Assembly: GCA_036493595.1 (NCBI GenBank)
Contig: DASXPN010000073.1
Location: 32,029 to 96,028, forward strand
Length of the DNA stretch: 64,000 nt
Source: Acidimicrobiales bacterium
GTDB taxonomy: Bacteria > Actinomycetota > Acidimicrobiia > Acidimicrobiales > JACDCH01
Direction of reading: 5' to 3'
Positions 1-7,671 of this stretch are shown one piece after another (the stretch's first letter is position 1; every line of letters starts with the position of its first letter). Both the position numbers and the translations under genes were made by a program. Under the pieces are notes generated by a model, which saw only the letters and a program-made list of their open reading frames with translations, did not search any database and had not been told where the DNA came from.

Positions 1-2519
1 TCGATGCACGTGACGATGAGCGGCGCGATCGCGCCGGCTGCCCGCCGCCGGTCGAGTTCCGCCCGCAAGAGCCGCATGAGCCGCGCGTGCCGTTCGTGAG
101 CGTCGACGCCGAAGTCGATCTCGTAGATGTGCGCGCCGGTGATCCGTTCGACGACGGCGCGCAGTGCCGTCGACGTGCCACTGCCGACCATGCCGTAGAG
201 CGCGAGGTTGCCCTTGCGCGGATGCCAGCCCGCCGCGACCTGGCGTTGTTGATCGGGCTCGTCGGCGAGCGCGAACGCGATGAGATCGTCGCCGGCGAGA
301 TCGTGCTCGGCGAGATCGTGGTCGGCGTCACGCTCGACATCGGTGAGGTCGATGCGCTCGGGCAACATCGGCAACCACGGACGCCGCGGTGCGGCTCCGT
401 TCCAGTCGCGGAGCTGCTCGACGGCGACGGCGAGCTCGGTCGGTCCGTCGATGATCTCGACCGGTTCGTCCGACGGGAAGGCGCGAACCCGGACCGGTCG
501 ACTGACCTTGGACACCGGCAGGCTGGAGATCGCGGTCTGGACGAGCACGACGTCGCTCGAGCCACGCCGAACGTAGGCGCGGCCCGGCGTGTCCCTGCTG
601 ATGGACGACGCTTCGGGCCCGTCGATGATGTCGATTGAGTCGGCGGCATCCTGCACCCGCAAGGCGATGCGAAGGTTGGCGTTGGCTTTGATGTTCGCGT
701 TGACGACGCCCGACGGGCGTTGGGTCGCGAGCACCAGGTGCATCCCGAGGCTGCGGCCGCGTTGCGCGATGCCGACGAGCGCGCCGAGGAAGTCGGGCAG
801 CTCTGCCGCGAGGGTGGCGAACTCGTCGATGACGACCACGAGCCGGGGTGGTGTCGGCCCGCCGTCGCGCTGCACTCGTTCGCGATGTCGCAACTCGGCC
901 TCGAGTGATTGCAACGCGCGTTGCCCGAGGTGCTCGTCGAGATCGGTGACGAGGCCGACGCAGTGCGGAAGCAGCGCGCACTCGTCGAACGCGCTGCCGC
1001 CCTTGTAGTCGACGAGCACGAAGACCATCTCGTCGGGCGTGTGCCGCATGGCGAGCCCGACGATCAGGGTGCGCAGCAACTCGCTCTTGCCCGAACCGGT
1101 GGTGCCGGCGATCACCGCGTGCGGTCCGTCGCGGACGAGGTCGATCTCGACGACGACGCCGTCCGTTCCGATGCCGATCGCGACACTGTTTGTCGGCTGT
1201 GCGGCGGTCGGCTGCACGGCGGTCGGCTGCACATCGGCGAGGCGAACCGTCGTCGGAAGGGTGGCACCCGGCTCGACCTCCGGGTCCTCGAAGCGCGCCA
1301 ACCATCGGGCGAACGAGCGTGCCGTCGGTTCGTCCATACCGCAGGCCAGGAACTCGTCGGTGTCGCCGAGATCGCTTGCCATGCGAACGACGGTGGTACA
1401 CGCCGCTGGAAGCTCGCTCTCGGGCGACGCCACTGCGATGGTGAAGGTCGCCGTCGCGGTAGCGCTCGCTCGGTGCGGTAGCCACTTCGTCCAGTCCCAG
1501 TCGCCGCCGCGACCGTCGTGGTCGACCGCGATGCGAACGTCCGCCGGACCATGGTGTGCCGCGACCTGGCACACGATCGCTCGGGCCAACGCCAGTGCGG
1601 CGGATCGATCGCCGGCGATCCCGATCTGCTCGGTGATCGCTTGCGCGACGACGGGCATGTCACCGCGAAGGCCGAGCCGTACGAGCCCGAAATCGTCGTG
1701 GTCCGGACGTCGAGCCCACAGGTGGCGCGCCATGACAGACGGGTCGGGTGCCACCAGTTCGAGCCGTTGTCGCTCCTTCTCACGGTGATCGACGAGCGCG
1801 CGCTGGTGGGCGCGCATCGCGCCGATGTGCCAACGCCGTTGCTTGCGCGCCGCTCGCTTCGTCCCGAGCCACGTCAGCATCCCGACGATCGGACCGATCA
1901 CTGCGATGAGCGCGAAACGGAGGTCGCCGTAGACGATGACGAGCGTCCCACCCATGAGCGCGGGTCCGACAATGGCCGCGACGCCGATCGAGCGCGCCCG
2001 ATCAGGTGTGCGCGGGGGCGTGGGCGGCGGCGCGGCAGCAGGGATCGGCACTCGTGGCGGACGATTGAACGGTCCCGGCCCTCGCGTCTCGACACGGTGT
2101 GGACGGATGCGAGCTTGCGTCGCGCCGAACCGGACGAGGTCCCCGATGATCTGCGTGCCGTTGACGGATCCGAGGTCGGTGATGCGATGGTGCGCGTCGA
2201 TGACGGCGTGGTGCGGCGACACCGTCGGATCCTCGAGCACGATGTCGCAGTCCGGCGCACGACCGATCACGAGGTCGCGTCGATGCAACGGGTACGAGCG
2301 CCCCGCCCGCAGACCACCGACGATCTCGAGAACGAACGCGGTGTCGGGTGTGGACGGGGGACGGGTGGTGGTGACGGCGGCGCCTTCGTAGACGGCGAGA
2401 GGGTCGTCGGGATGGTGGAACCGGCCGTCGAGCCACCACCCGTCCTGACCCAGATCCGCTGCCGTAGCGGACCCGTCAGCCGTGACATCGAGCTCGACCT
2501 GGTCGAGGATAATATGCAT
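1..2519 (-). CDS. FHA-domain FtsK/SpoIIIE-family ATPase (EssC/EccC-like layout), N-terminal ~839 codons; C-terminus lies beyond window start
   Basis: Own translation of minus strand from ATG 2519..2517 (MHIILDQVELD...). FHA-like segment RDLVIGRAPDCDIVLEDPTVSPHHAVIDAHHRITDLGSVNGT. Hydrophobic span IGVAAIVGPALMGGTLVIVYGDLRFALIAVIGPIVGMLTWL. Walker A GTTGSGKSELLRTL (rc of ~1080-1110), Walker B LVVVIDEF (rc of ~820-850). Second degenerate P-loop GMVGSGTST (rc of ~190-230). No stop in window, hence absent from the ORF track. Confidence 0.85.
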   Translation of the reverse strand, partial: MHIILDQVELDVTADGSATAADLGQDGWWLDGRFHHPDDPLAVYEGAAVTTTRPPSTPDTAFVLEIVGGLRAGRSYPLHRRDLVIGRAPDCDIVLEDPTVSPHHAVIDAHHRITDLGSVNGTQIIGDLVRFGATQARIRPHRVETRGPGPFNRPPRVPIPAAAPPPTPPRTPDRARSIGVAAIVGPALMGGTLVIVYGDLRFALIAVIGPIVGMLTWLGTKRAARKQRRWHIGAMRAHQRALVDHREKERQRLELVAPDPSVMARHLWARRPDHDDFGLVRLGLRGDMPVVAQAITEQIGIAGDRSAALALARAIVCQVAAHHGPADVRIAVDHDGRGGDWDWTKWLPHRASATATATFTIAVASPESELPAACTTVVRMASDLGDTDEFLACGMDEPTARSFARWLARFEDPEVEPGATLPTTVRLADVQPTAVQPTAAQPTNSVAIGIGTDGVVVEIDLVRDGPHAVIAGTTGSGKSELLRTLIVGLAMRHTPDEMVFVLVDYKGGSAFDECALLPHCVGLVTDLDEHLGQRALQSLEAELRHRERVQRDGGPTPPRLVVVIDEFATLAAELPDFLGALVGIAQRGRSLGMHLVLATQRPSGVVNANIKANANLRIALRVQDAADSIDIIDGPEASSISRDTPGRAYVRRGSSDVVLVQTAISSLPVSKVSRPVRVRAFPSDEPVEIIDGPTELAVAVEQLRDWNGAAPRRPWLPMLPERIDLTDVERDADHDLAEHDLAGDDLIAFALADEPDQQRQVAAGWHPRKGNLALYGMVGSGTSTALRAVVERITGAHIYEIDFGVDAHERHARLMRLLRAELDRRRAAGAIAPLIVTCI

Positions 2520-2597
2520 TAACATGAAATACTATGAAATGGCACGACCTCCCTCCTACTCGCGTCTTCGTGATGCCCGGGCTGCTTGACTGCGGCG

Positions 2598-3662
2598 ATG
2601 GTGGATCCGTGGGCCGGCATCGTCGGGCAGCCCCGAGCCGTCACCGCGCTCCAGGCCTCGTCGAGAAGGCCCGTGCACGCGTACCTGCTCCTGGGTCCGC
2701 GTGGCAGCGGCAAGCGCGCCCTCGCTCGTTCGTTCGCCGCATCGTTGCTCGCCGACGCCACGTCTGACTCCGACCGTGCCGCGCGACTGGCGCTCGCCGG
2801 TCGCCATCCCGACCTCCACGAGTTCGAGCGAGCTGGTCCGTACATCACGGTGCAGCAGGCCGACGCGATCATCCGGGAGGCGAGTCGGTCAGGCGTCGAG
2901 AGCAGCCGCAAGGTGTTGGTGCTCGTCGACTTCCATCTCGTGCAACCGGCGGTCGAGGCGAAGCTGTTGAAGACGATCGAGGAACCGCCGGACGGGACCG
3001 TGTTCGTCGTGCTCGCCGAGACGGTCTCGCCCTCGCTCGTACCGATCGCCTCGAGGTGCGTGCGCATCGAGGTCGATCCCCTGTCGTCCTCCGTCCTTCG
3101 CGACGCGTTGATCGCAGATGGCGTCGATGAACAGGTGGCTTCATCGGTGTCGCGCGCTGCAGCCGGCGATCTCGGTCGGGCTCGCTTGCTCGCCACCGAC
3201 CCGCGCTTCTCGTTACGGCAGCAGGCGTGGGCCGCCGTCCCGCACGCGCTCGACGACACCGGCGCGACGGTCGCGCGGCTCGTCGCCGAGCTGCGATCGA
3301 TGATCGACGACGCAGCGGCGCCGCTCGAAGCGCGCCACGCGGTCGAGCTCGTCGAGTTGGAGGAACGCGTCGAGCGCTACGGCGAGCGCGGTTCGGGCAA
3401 GACTCAGCTCGTCGAACGTCATCGGCGCGAACTGCGACGTCATCGGACCGACGAGCTCCGCTTCGGACTCGCCACTCTGGCGGGTGGCTACCGCGAGACG
3501 CTGTCGACGTCGCCACCGGCGCTCGATCCTCGGTCCGCGGTCGAAGCGATCGACCTCATCGACGACTCGCACCAAGCACTCGAGCGCAACCCGAACGAGA
3601 CCTTGCTGCTGCAGGCGTTGCTGCTGAGGCTGCCCGTGCTGCGAGTTACGGCGTCGGCGTAG
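2598..3662 (+). CDS. holB: DNA polymerase III subunit delta prime
   Basis: Track ORF 2586..3662. Motifs HAYLLLGPRGSGKRALA (P-loop) and KVLVLVDFH...LLKTIEEPP, typical of the clamp-loader delta prime subunit. ATG 2598 preferred over TTG 2586. Confidence 0.9.
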   Translation: MVDPWAGIVGQPRAVTALQASSRRPVHAYLLLGPRGSGKRALARSFAASLLADATSDSDRAARLALAGRHPDLHEFERAGPYITVQQADAIIREASRSGVESSRKVLVLVDFHLVQPAVEAKLLKTIEEPPDGTVFVVLAETVSPSLVPIASRCVRIEVDPLSSSVLRDALIADGVDEQVASSVSRAAAGDLGRARLLATDPRFSLRQQAWAAVPHALDDTGATVARLVAELRSMIDDAAAPLEARHAVELVELEERVERYGERGSGKTQLVERHRRELRRHRTDELRFGLATLAGGYRETLSTSPPALDPRSAVEAIDLIDDSHQALERNPNETLLLQALLLRLPVLRVTASA

Positions 3663-3692
3663 CGAGCCACCGAAGTACGCTGTCCCGTTCCC

Positions 3693-3765
3693 GCCCGGGT
3701 AGCTCAGACGGCAGAGCAGCTCACTCGTAATGAGCAGGTCAGGAGTTCGATTCTCCTCTCGGGCT
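3693..3765 (+). tRNA. tRNA-Thr (anticodon CGT)
   Basis: Hand-folded cloverleaf. Acceptor GCCCGGG/CTCGGGC (one G-U pair), D arm GCTC-AGACGGCA-GAGC, anticodon arm GCTCA-CTCGTAA-TGAGC, T arm AGGAG-TTCGATT-CTCCT, discriminator T. CCA is not encoded. Confidence 0.9.
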
Positions 3766-3768
3766 CCG

Positions 3769-3793
3769 CCCCTCCCGCCCCCTCCCCCTGCCC
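3769..3793. other. C-run tract (five runs of 3-5 C with 1-2 nt loops); G-quadruplex-grade on the minus strand, i-motif-grade on the plus strand
   Basis: Sequence cccctcccgccccctccccctgccc read directly, starting 4 nt after the tRNA 3' end. Confidence 0.6.
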
Positions 3794-3889
3794 TCGCCGC
3801 ACATTGTCGACTGAGCCACCGCCGCCCTCGCCGCACATTGTCGACTGAGCCACCGCCGCCCTCGCCGCACATTGTCGACTGAGCCACCG
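3791..3889. repeat. Tandem direct repeat, 34-bp unit x ~2.9 (ccctcgccgcacattgtcgactgagccaccgccg)
   Basis: Units 3791-3824 and 3825-3858 are identical. The third copy, 3859-3889, is identical until it diverges at its last bases. Copies are contiguous with no spacers. Confidence 0.95.
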
Positions 3890-3928
3890 AATCAGGGCGG
3901 TGGGTCGACACAGATTGCGGAGCCGTTG

Positions 3929-3977
3929 GTTCTGGGTCGAGTCAGCAACGCGGCGGGAGGTTCAGTCGACCCAGAAC
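3929..3977. repeat. Inverted repeat, 12-bp perfect arms (gttctgggtcga / tcgacccagaac) with a 25-nt loop; overlaps the stop of the 3962..4405 ORF
   Basis: Arms at 3929-3940 and 3966-3977 are exact reverse complements. The right arm encodes the last codons (FWVD*) of the minus-strand ORF. Confidence 0.8.
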
Positions 3978-4405
3978 GCGAGCAGCCGATCGGGAGTGCG
4001 CCCGGCGCGTGCGCCGGCATCCTGTGTCAGCCGGACGCGAAGACCTGGATCTCTGCGAGTCCGATGGCCGAGGTTTTGGTGCTCACCGACGTGACGGTGA
4101 GCAGCACGCTGGTCGTCGTCACTGCCGGATGTCCAGTACGCGGTGCCGAGGCCCGAGTCACCCGCGGTCAGGAACACGGAGCGGATGCATCGACCCGCCT
4201 GGATGTCATGCACGAGGTCGGGATCGAGGAACAGGATCGTGTCGTCCTGGTGGGCGGTGAACGTCATCGTCGTTCCCGCGGGGCATGTCGTTGCGTCCGC
4301 TGATGCGCGATGTGTTGACGACACGATGACGGAGTCCAGCACCGCTACCACTGCCGCCATCACCACTGCGATTCGCCCGCCGCGCTGCATGCGCATGGCC
4401 CCCAC
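3962..4405 (-). CDS. PIG-L/LmbE-family deacetylase, N-terminal fragment only (probably truncated or decaying)
   Basis: Track ORF of 147 aa. Signal-like N-terminus RIAVVMAAVVAVL, then FTAHQDDTILFLDPDLVHDIQAGRCIRSVFLTAGDSG, which matches the AHxDDD...TAGD pattern of the PIG-L family. Similarity fades after AYWTSG and the ORF ends about 115 residues into a domain family that I recall as normally >200 aa. Confidence 0.5.
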   Translation of the reverse strand: MGAMRMQRGGRIAVVMAAVVAVLDSVIVSSTHRASADATTCPAGTTMTFTAHQDDTILFLDPDLVHDIQAGRCIRSVFLTAGDSGLGTAYWTSGSDDDQRAAHRHVGEHQNLGHRTRRDPGLRVRLTQDAGARAGRTPDRLLAFWVD

Positions 4406-4477
4406 TCCCCGAGGTGAAGGTTTAAGTCGCTCTCCAGCGCGCGCGGCCCGCGCGGACGGTGATTCTTGAGCGTCCTG

Positions 4478-6127
4478 TCAGCCCGCGGCGATGGGGAGCT
4501 CGAGCAGGTGCGGTCGACCGCGCTCGAGCGCATGGCGTACCGCTTCGCCGACGTCCGCCGCCTTCTCGACCAGCGTGCCGTCGACACCCATGGATGCCGC
4601 GAGCGAGACGTAGTCGATCGGCGGATCGTCGATGTCCATGGCGACGTAGCGGTCGGTGCGCGCGCTGTCGCCCCCCATGCCCCGCAGGTTGTTCTTGAGG
4701 ATTCGGTACTGGCGGTTGTTGACCACCGCGAAGATCACCGGGAGCTCTTCGCGCGCTGCCGTCCACAAGGCTTGCGGTGAGTACATGGCGGACCCGTCAC
4801 CGACGACGCACAACACCGGTGCGCGGTCGTGGCCGAGTGACACGCCACACGCGGCCGGCATGCCCCAGCCGAGGCCACCCCCCGGACAGAAGAAATAGCG
4901 ACCAGGGACGGGTTGGTGATGGAAGCCGCGCACATACACGCCAGTCGTGATCGCTTCGTCGACGATGAACGACCCGGACGGTACGGCGCGCACCAACGCG
5001 TGCGCGGCTGCCATTGGATCGATCGGCACGCTGCCGTACCGCGCCGCCGCGGTGGTCTCGAGGTCGTCGATCTCCTTTGACCGCCGCGCGCCGGCAGCGG
5101 CGACGGCTGCTCCGGCCGCGGTCGCGTCCGCCTGCGATTGCACCAACGGCAGCAGCGCGGCGAGCGACGCCTTCGGGTCACCGGCCGCGCCCCACCTCGT
5201 CGGGTACGCGCGGCCGAGCTGGTACGGGTCCGGGGACAGATGCAACAGCTCGGTCGTGGGCGGGAGCGCCGGACCGGGCGTGTACGGGTACACCATGAAT
5301 GCCCGCCCGCCGACGAGCAGCACTCGTTCGTACGGCGCCAGCTCCGCATTGATGGCAAACGCCGCGGGCGTGAGCATGCCGCGCCACAAGGGGTGCGCCG
5401 GCGCGAACACTGCGTTGCCGTGGAGCGGCGACCCGTACACGGGTGCGCCCAACGCTTCGGCGACCGCCGCCACCTCGTCGACCGCACCCGATTGCGCGAC
5501 CTCGTCCCCGACGACGATGGCGAGCGTTCCGATCGGCGTGGAGGTGAGGAGTGACGCGAGGTCGTCAAGCCCGTCGGCAACGGCGCGCCGGTGCAAGCTC
5601 GACGGCGACACGATGGGCGCGTCGGTCTCCGCGTCGAGCAGGTCCATCGGGATCGACACGAACACCGGACCGGCAGGCGGACTCATCGCGTCGTGGAACG
5701 CGCGTCGCAGGACGACCGCGAGCTCGTCGGTCGTGCGGACTTCGTGCGTCCACTTCGACACTGCGCGCGCAATGCCGGTGAGGTCGCCGGCAAGAAGCGG
5801 ATCGTTGACGATGTGGCGGTAGTCCTGCTGGCCGGCGGTGACCACGAGCGGCGCCTGGCATGCGCGCGCATTGGTGAGGTTGCCGATGGCGTTGCCGAGG
5901 CCGGCCGAGGTGTGCAGGTTCAAGAACGCGGGACGGCCCGTCGCCTGCGCGTAGCCGTCTGCCATGCCGACCGCGGTCGCCTCTTGCAGCGCGAGGACGT
6001 AGTGGAGATCGTCCGCTGTCGCGAGCGCGTCGATCAGTGGAAGCTCGGTACTGCCCGGGTTGCCGAAGATGTGGCGCACGCCTTCGGTCCGCAAGACATC
6101 CAACATCACGTCGCGGCCGCGGGTCAT
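4478..6127 (-). CDS. Thiamine-pyrophosphate-dependent enzyme, benzoylformate decarboxylase-like
   Basis: Track ORF 4478..6214. Motifs FGNPGSTELPLIDAL, VVTAGQQ and the TPP-binding GDGSAMYSPQALWTAA...NN. Start ATG 6127 (MTRGRDVMLDVL) leaves 23 nt to the upstream gene. Confidence 0.85.
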   Translation of the reverse strand: MTRGRDVMLDVLRTEGVRHIFGNPGSTELPLIDALATADDLHYVLALQEATAVGMADGYAQATGRPAFLNLHTSAGLGNAIGNLTNARACQAPLVVTAGQQDYRHIVNDPLLAGDLTGIARAVSKWTHEVRTTDELAVVLRRAFHDAMSPPAGPVFVSIPMDLLDAETDAPIVSPSSLHRRAVADGLDDLASLLTSTPIGTLAIVVGDEVAQSGAVDEVAAVAEALGAPVYGSPLHGNAVFAPAHPLWRGMLTPAAFAINAELAPYERVLLVGGRAFMVYPYTPGPALPPTTELLHLSPDPYQLGRAYPTRWGAAGDPKASLAALLPLVQSQADATAAGAAVAAAGARRSKEIDDLETTAAARYGSVPIDPMAAAHALVRAVPSGSFIVDEAITTGVYVRGFHHQPVPGRYFFCPGGGLGWGMPAACGVSLGHDRAPVLCVVGDGSAMYSPQALWTAAREELPVIFAVVNNRQYRILKNNLRGMGGDSARTDRYVAMDIDDPPIDYVSLAASMGVDGTLVEKAADVGEAVRHALERGRPHLLELPIAAG

Positions 6128-6150
6128 CGCGGGACAACGTAGACCCGCGT

Positions 6151-7236
6151 CTACCGACCGATCTCGGGTCCTGCGGCGATGGCGAGCCACATCGGGTCCG
6201 TCGCATGCTGCCACGACCAGAACGACACGCCCTTTGCGCCGTGTGCGGCCGCCATGTTCATGAACGCGCTTATCTCGTCGGGCGTCGGCGTGCCCGGAGG
6301 ACCACCTTCGAGGCTGCCGTCGTAGGCCTGGCCGATCGGCATCACCGGCTTGCCGAACTGAGCGAGGAAGTCGAGCGCTTGCGCGACGTCGTCATCCGGT
6401 GGCGTGTCGATCCAGTAGACCATCGGCGCGATCGCATCGAAGGACGCGGTGACCTCGGCATACGGATAGTCGGCCTGCCGCGAGTCGCTCGGGCGAGGGA
6501 CAGTCGCGATCAGCGGATAGCTCGGCCCGACCGCGCCGCGAAGTCCCGCGCCGTACGACGTCGCGTTGTCCGGTGACAACCAGACGCCTTCGTTCGGTGT
6601 CTCGATGTCGGGACTGAACCCGTCGAGGCGATCGCCCGTCGGTGTTGTGTACGTGATCGCCGCGACCGCGCGGTAGATGTCGGCGCCGATGTCTTCGAAG
6701 TAGGGAAAGTCCCAACCGATGATCCGCAACCCCGCCGCGTGCGCGACGGGCAGGAGCGCGTCGAGGAACGGAGCGGCGTAGAACCCGTCGAACGACGAGC
6801 CGGTGCGCACGTACAGGTGTGTGAGCCCCGCGGCCTGTGCCTTCGCGACGATGACGTTGACGTCGCCACCCTCGACCTGATCCGGCTCCCAGATCCACAT
6901 GCCCTTGCCCGACCCCAGGCTCGGCGGCGGGGGTGGAGGGGGCGCCGGTGCGGTGGTCGGTGGTTCGGTGGGCGCAGGGGCGGCCGGAGCGGTTGCGCCG
7001 GGCGTGGTCGCGCCTGGCGCGGTCGGTGCGGTGGGGGGCGCCGTGGCTGTGCTCGACGATGCCGTCGTCGATGTCGATGTCGATGTCGACGTGGACGCCT
7101 GATGCGCCGCTGCCTTGATGGCGTCGAGCGTCACCGGTGGAGGAGGCGTGGGTTTCATCCGCCATGCCAGTGACAGCATGACGAGAAGACCGAGGACAGC
7201 GACGAGGGTGGTGCGTGTTGGTGTGTATCGGGGCAT
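6151..7236 (-). CDS. Membrane-anchored protein with Pro/Thr/Ser-rich linker and a glycoside-hydrolase-like (TIM-barrel-like) C-terminal domain; function unknown
   Basis: Track ORF 6151..7377; ATG 7236 (MPRYTPTRTTLVAVLGLLVMLSLAW) gives an N-terminal TM anchor. The linker is STSTSTSTST...PPPPPPP. The C-terminal domain GMWIWEPDQ...LYVRTGS...IGWDFPY...SFWSW resembles uncharacterised GH-like families. Confidence 0.6.
   Translation of the reverse strand: MPRYTPTRTTLVAVLGLLVMLSLAWRMKPTPPPPVTLDAIKAAAHQASTSTSTSTSTTASSSTATAPPTAPTAPGATTPGATAPAAPAPTEPPTTAPAPPPPPPPSLGSGKGMWIWEPDQVEGGDVNVIVAKAQAAGLTHLYVRTGSSFDGFYAAPFLDALLPVAHAAGLRIIGWDFPYFEDIGADIYRAVAAITYTTPTGDRLDGFSPDIETPNEGVWLSPDNATSYGAGLRGAVGPSYPLIATVPRPSDSRQADYPYAEVTASFDAIAPMVYWIDTPPDDDVAQALDFLAQFGKPVMPIGQAYDGSLEGGPPGTPTPDEISAFMNMAAAHGAKGVSFWSWQHATDPMWLAIAAGPEIGR
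7064..7096. repeat. Imperfect hexanucleotide microsatellite (gtcgat)n inside the linker of the 6151..7236 gene
   Basis: gtcgtcgatgtcgatgtcgatgtcgacgtggac read directly. It encodes the (Ser-Thr)n tract on the minus strand, and the 6-nt unit keeps the frame. Confidence 0.7.
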
Positions 7237-7422
7237 GCGTGGTGAGACGAGAGCTCCGACACTGAGCGCGGCGCGCGCAGAGAGAATCGCCCTGGATTGC
7301 GTTGCTCCGAAGCCGTCCGCAGGCTCCGGAGCGGGACAGTGTGACGGTTCTCGTCCCCGCACGCAAGAGCGCCCCATGACTACGGAGCGTGCGTAGTCGC
7401 CACCTCCGGGCGTCTGGCGAGG

Positions 7423-7644
7423 TCAGCGAGGATGCGGTCGGCCGGGACGTCGTCGATGACGCATCGCCCAACATGCGTGGTGCCAGTGCCGGCGCTCGTC
7501 GGGATCGTCATCGGGAACGACCACGAGGTGGCCGAGGCCGACCGCGATCTCCTGCTGGCAGCCCGGGCACAGGTACGGCTTTCGGGCCTGGTACGGCTGG
7601 ATCCGAGTCACGGTCACCTTCGGCTCGGTCACGTCGTCATCCAT
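7423..7644 (-). CDS. Small conserved Cys/His-rich protein (zinc-ribbon-like), function unknown
   Basis: Track ORF 7423..7671. ATG 7644 (MDDDVTEPKV) avoids overlap with the upstream regulator. Motif PYLCPGCQQEI...RRHWHHACW. Confidence 0.6.
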   Translation of the reverse strand: MDDDVTEPKVTVTRIQPYQARKPYLCPGCQQEIAVGLGHLVVVPDDDPDERRHWHHACWAMRHRRRPGRPHPR

Positions 7645-7671
7645 TGTTCGTGCCGGTGGTCGCGCCCGCAT

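Noticed and set aside
328-1788. Several track ORFs at the left edge (328..1572 minus, 1039..1788 plus, 909..1481 plus and others).
   Set aside because: All are off-frame or antisense relative to the FHA/FtsK gene, which reads through the whole interval with Walker A/B motifs. Their translations are Arg/Ser/Pro-rich junk.
2520-2597. AT-rich patch with direct repeat catgaaat / atgaaat between the FHA-FtsK start and holB.
   Set aside because: It is probably just the shared divergent promoter; TAGTAT on the minus strand lies a few nt upstream of the ATG, which suggests a short or absent leader. Repeats of 7 nt in an AT-rich patch are too short to interpret as an operator without comparative data.
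3791-3889. Possible CRISPR array, given 34-bp perfect repeats.
   Set aside because: The copies are directly abutting with no spacers. There are only about three units and no cas genes in the window, so this is a plain tandem repeat.
3213-3911. 232-aa minus ORF and 143-aa plus ORF (3872..4303) around the tRNA and repeat region.
   Set aside because: The first runs antisense through holB and straight across the tRNA gene. The second starts inside the tandem repeat and is antisense to the PIG-L fragment. Neither has protein-like composition.
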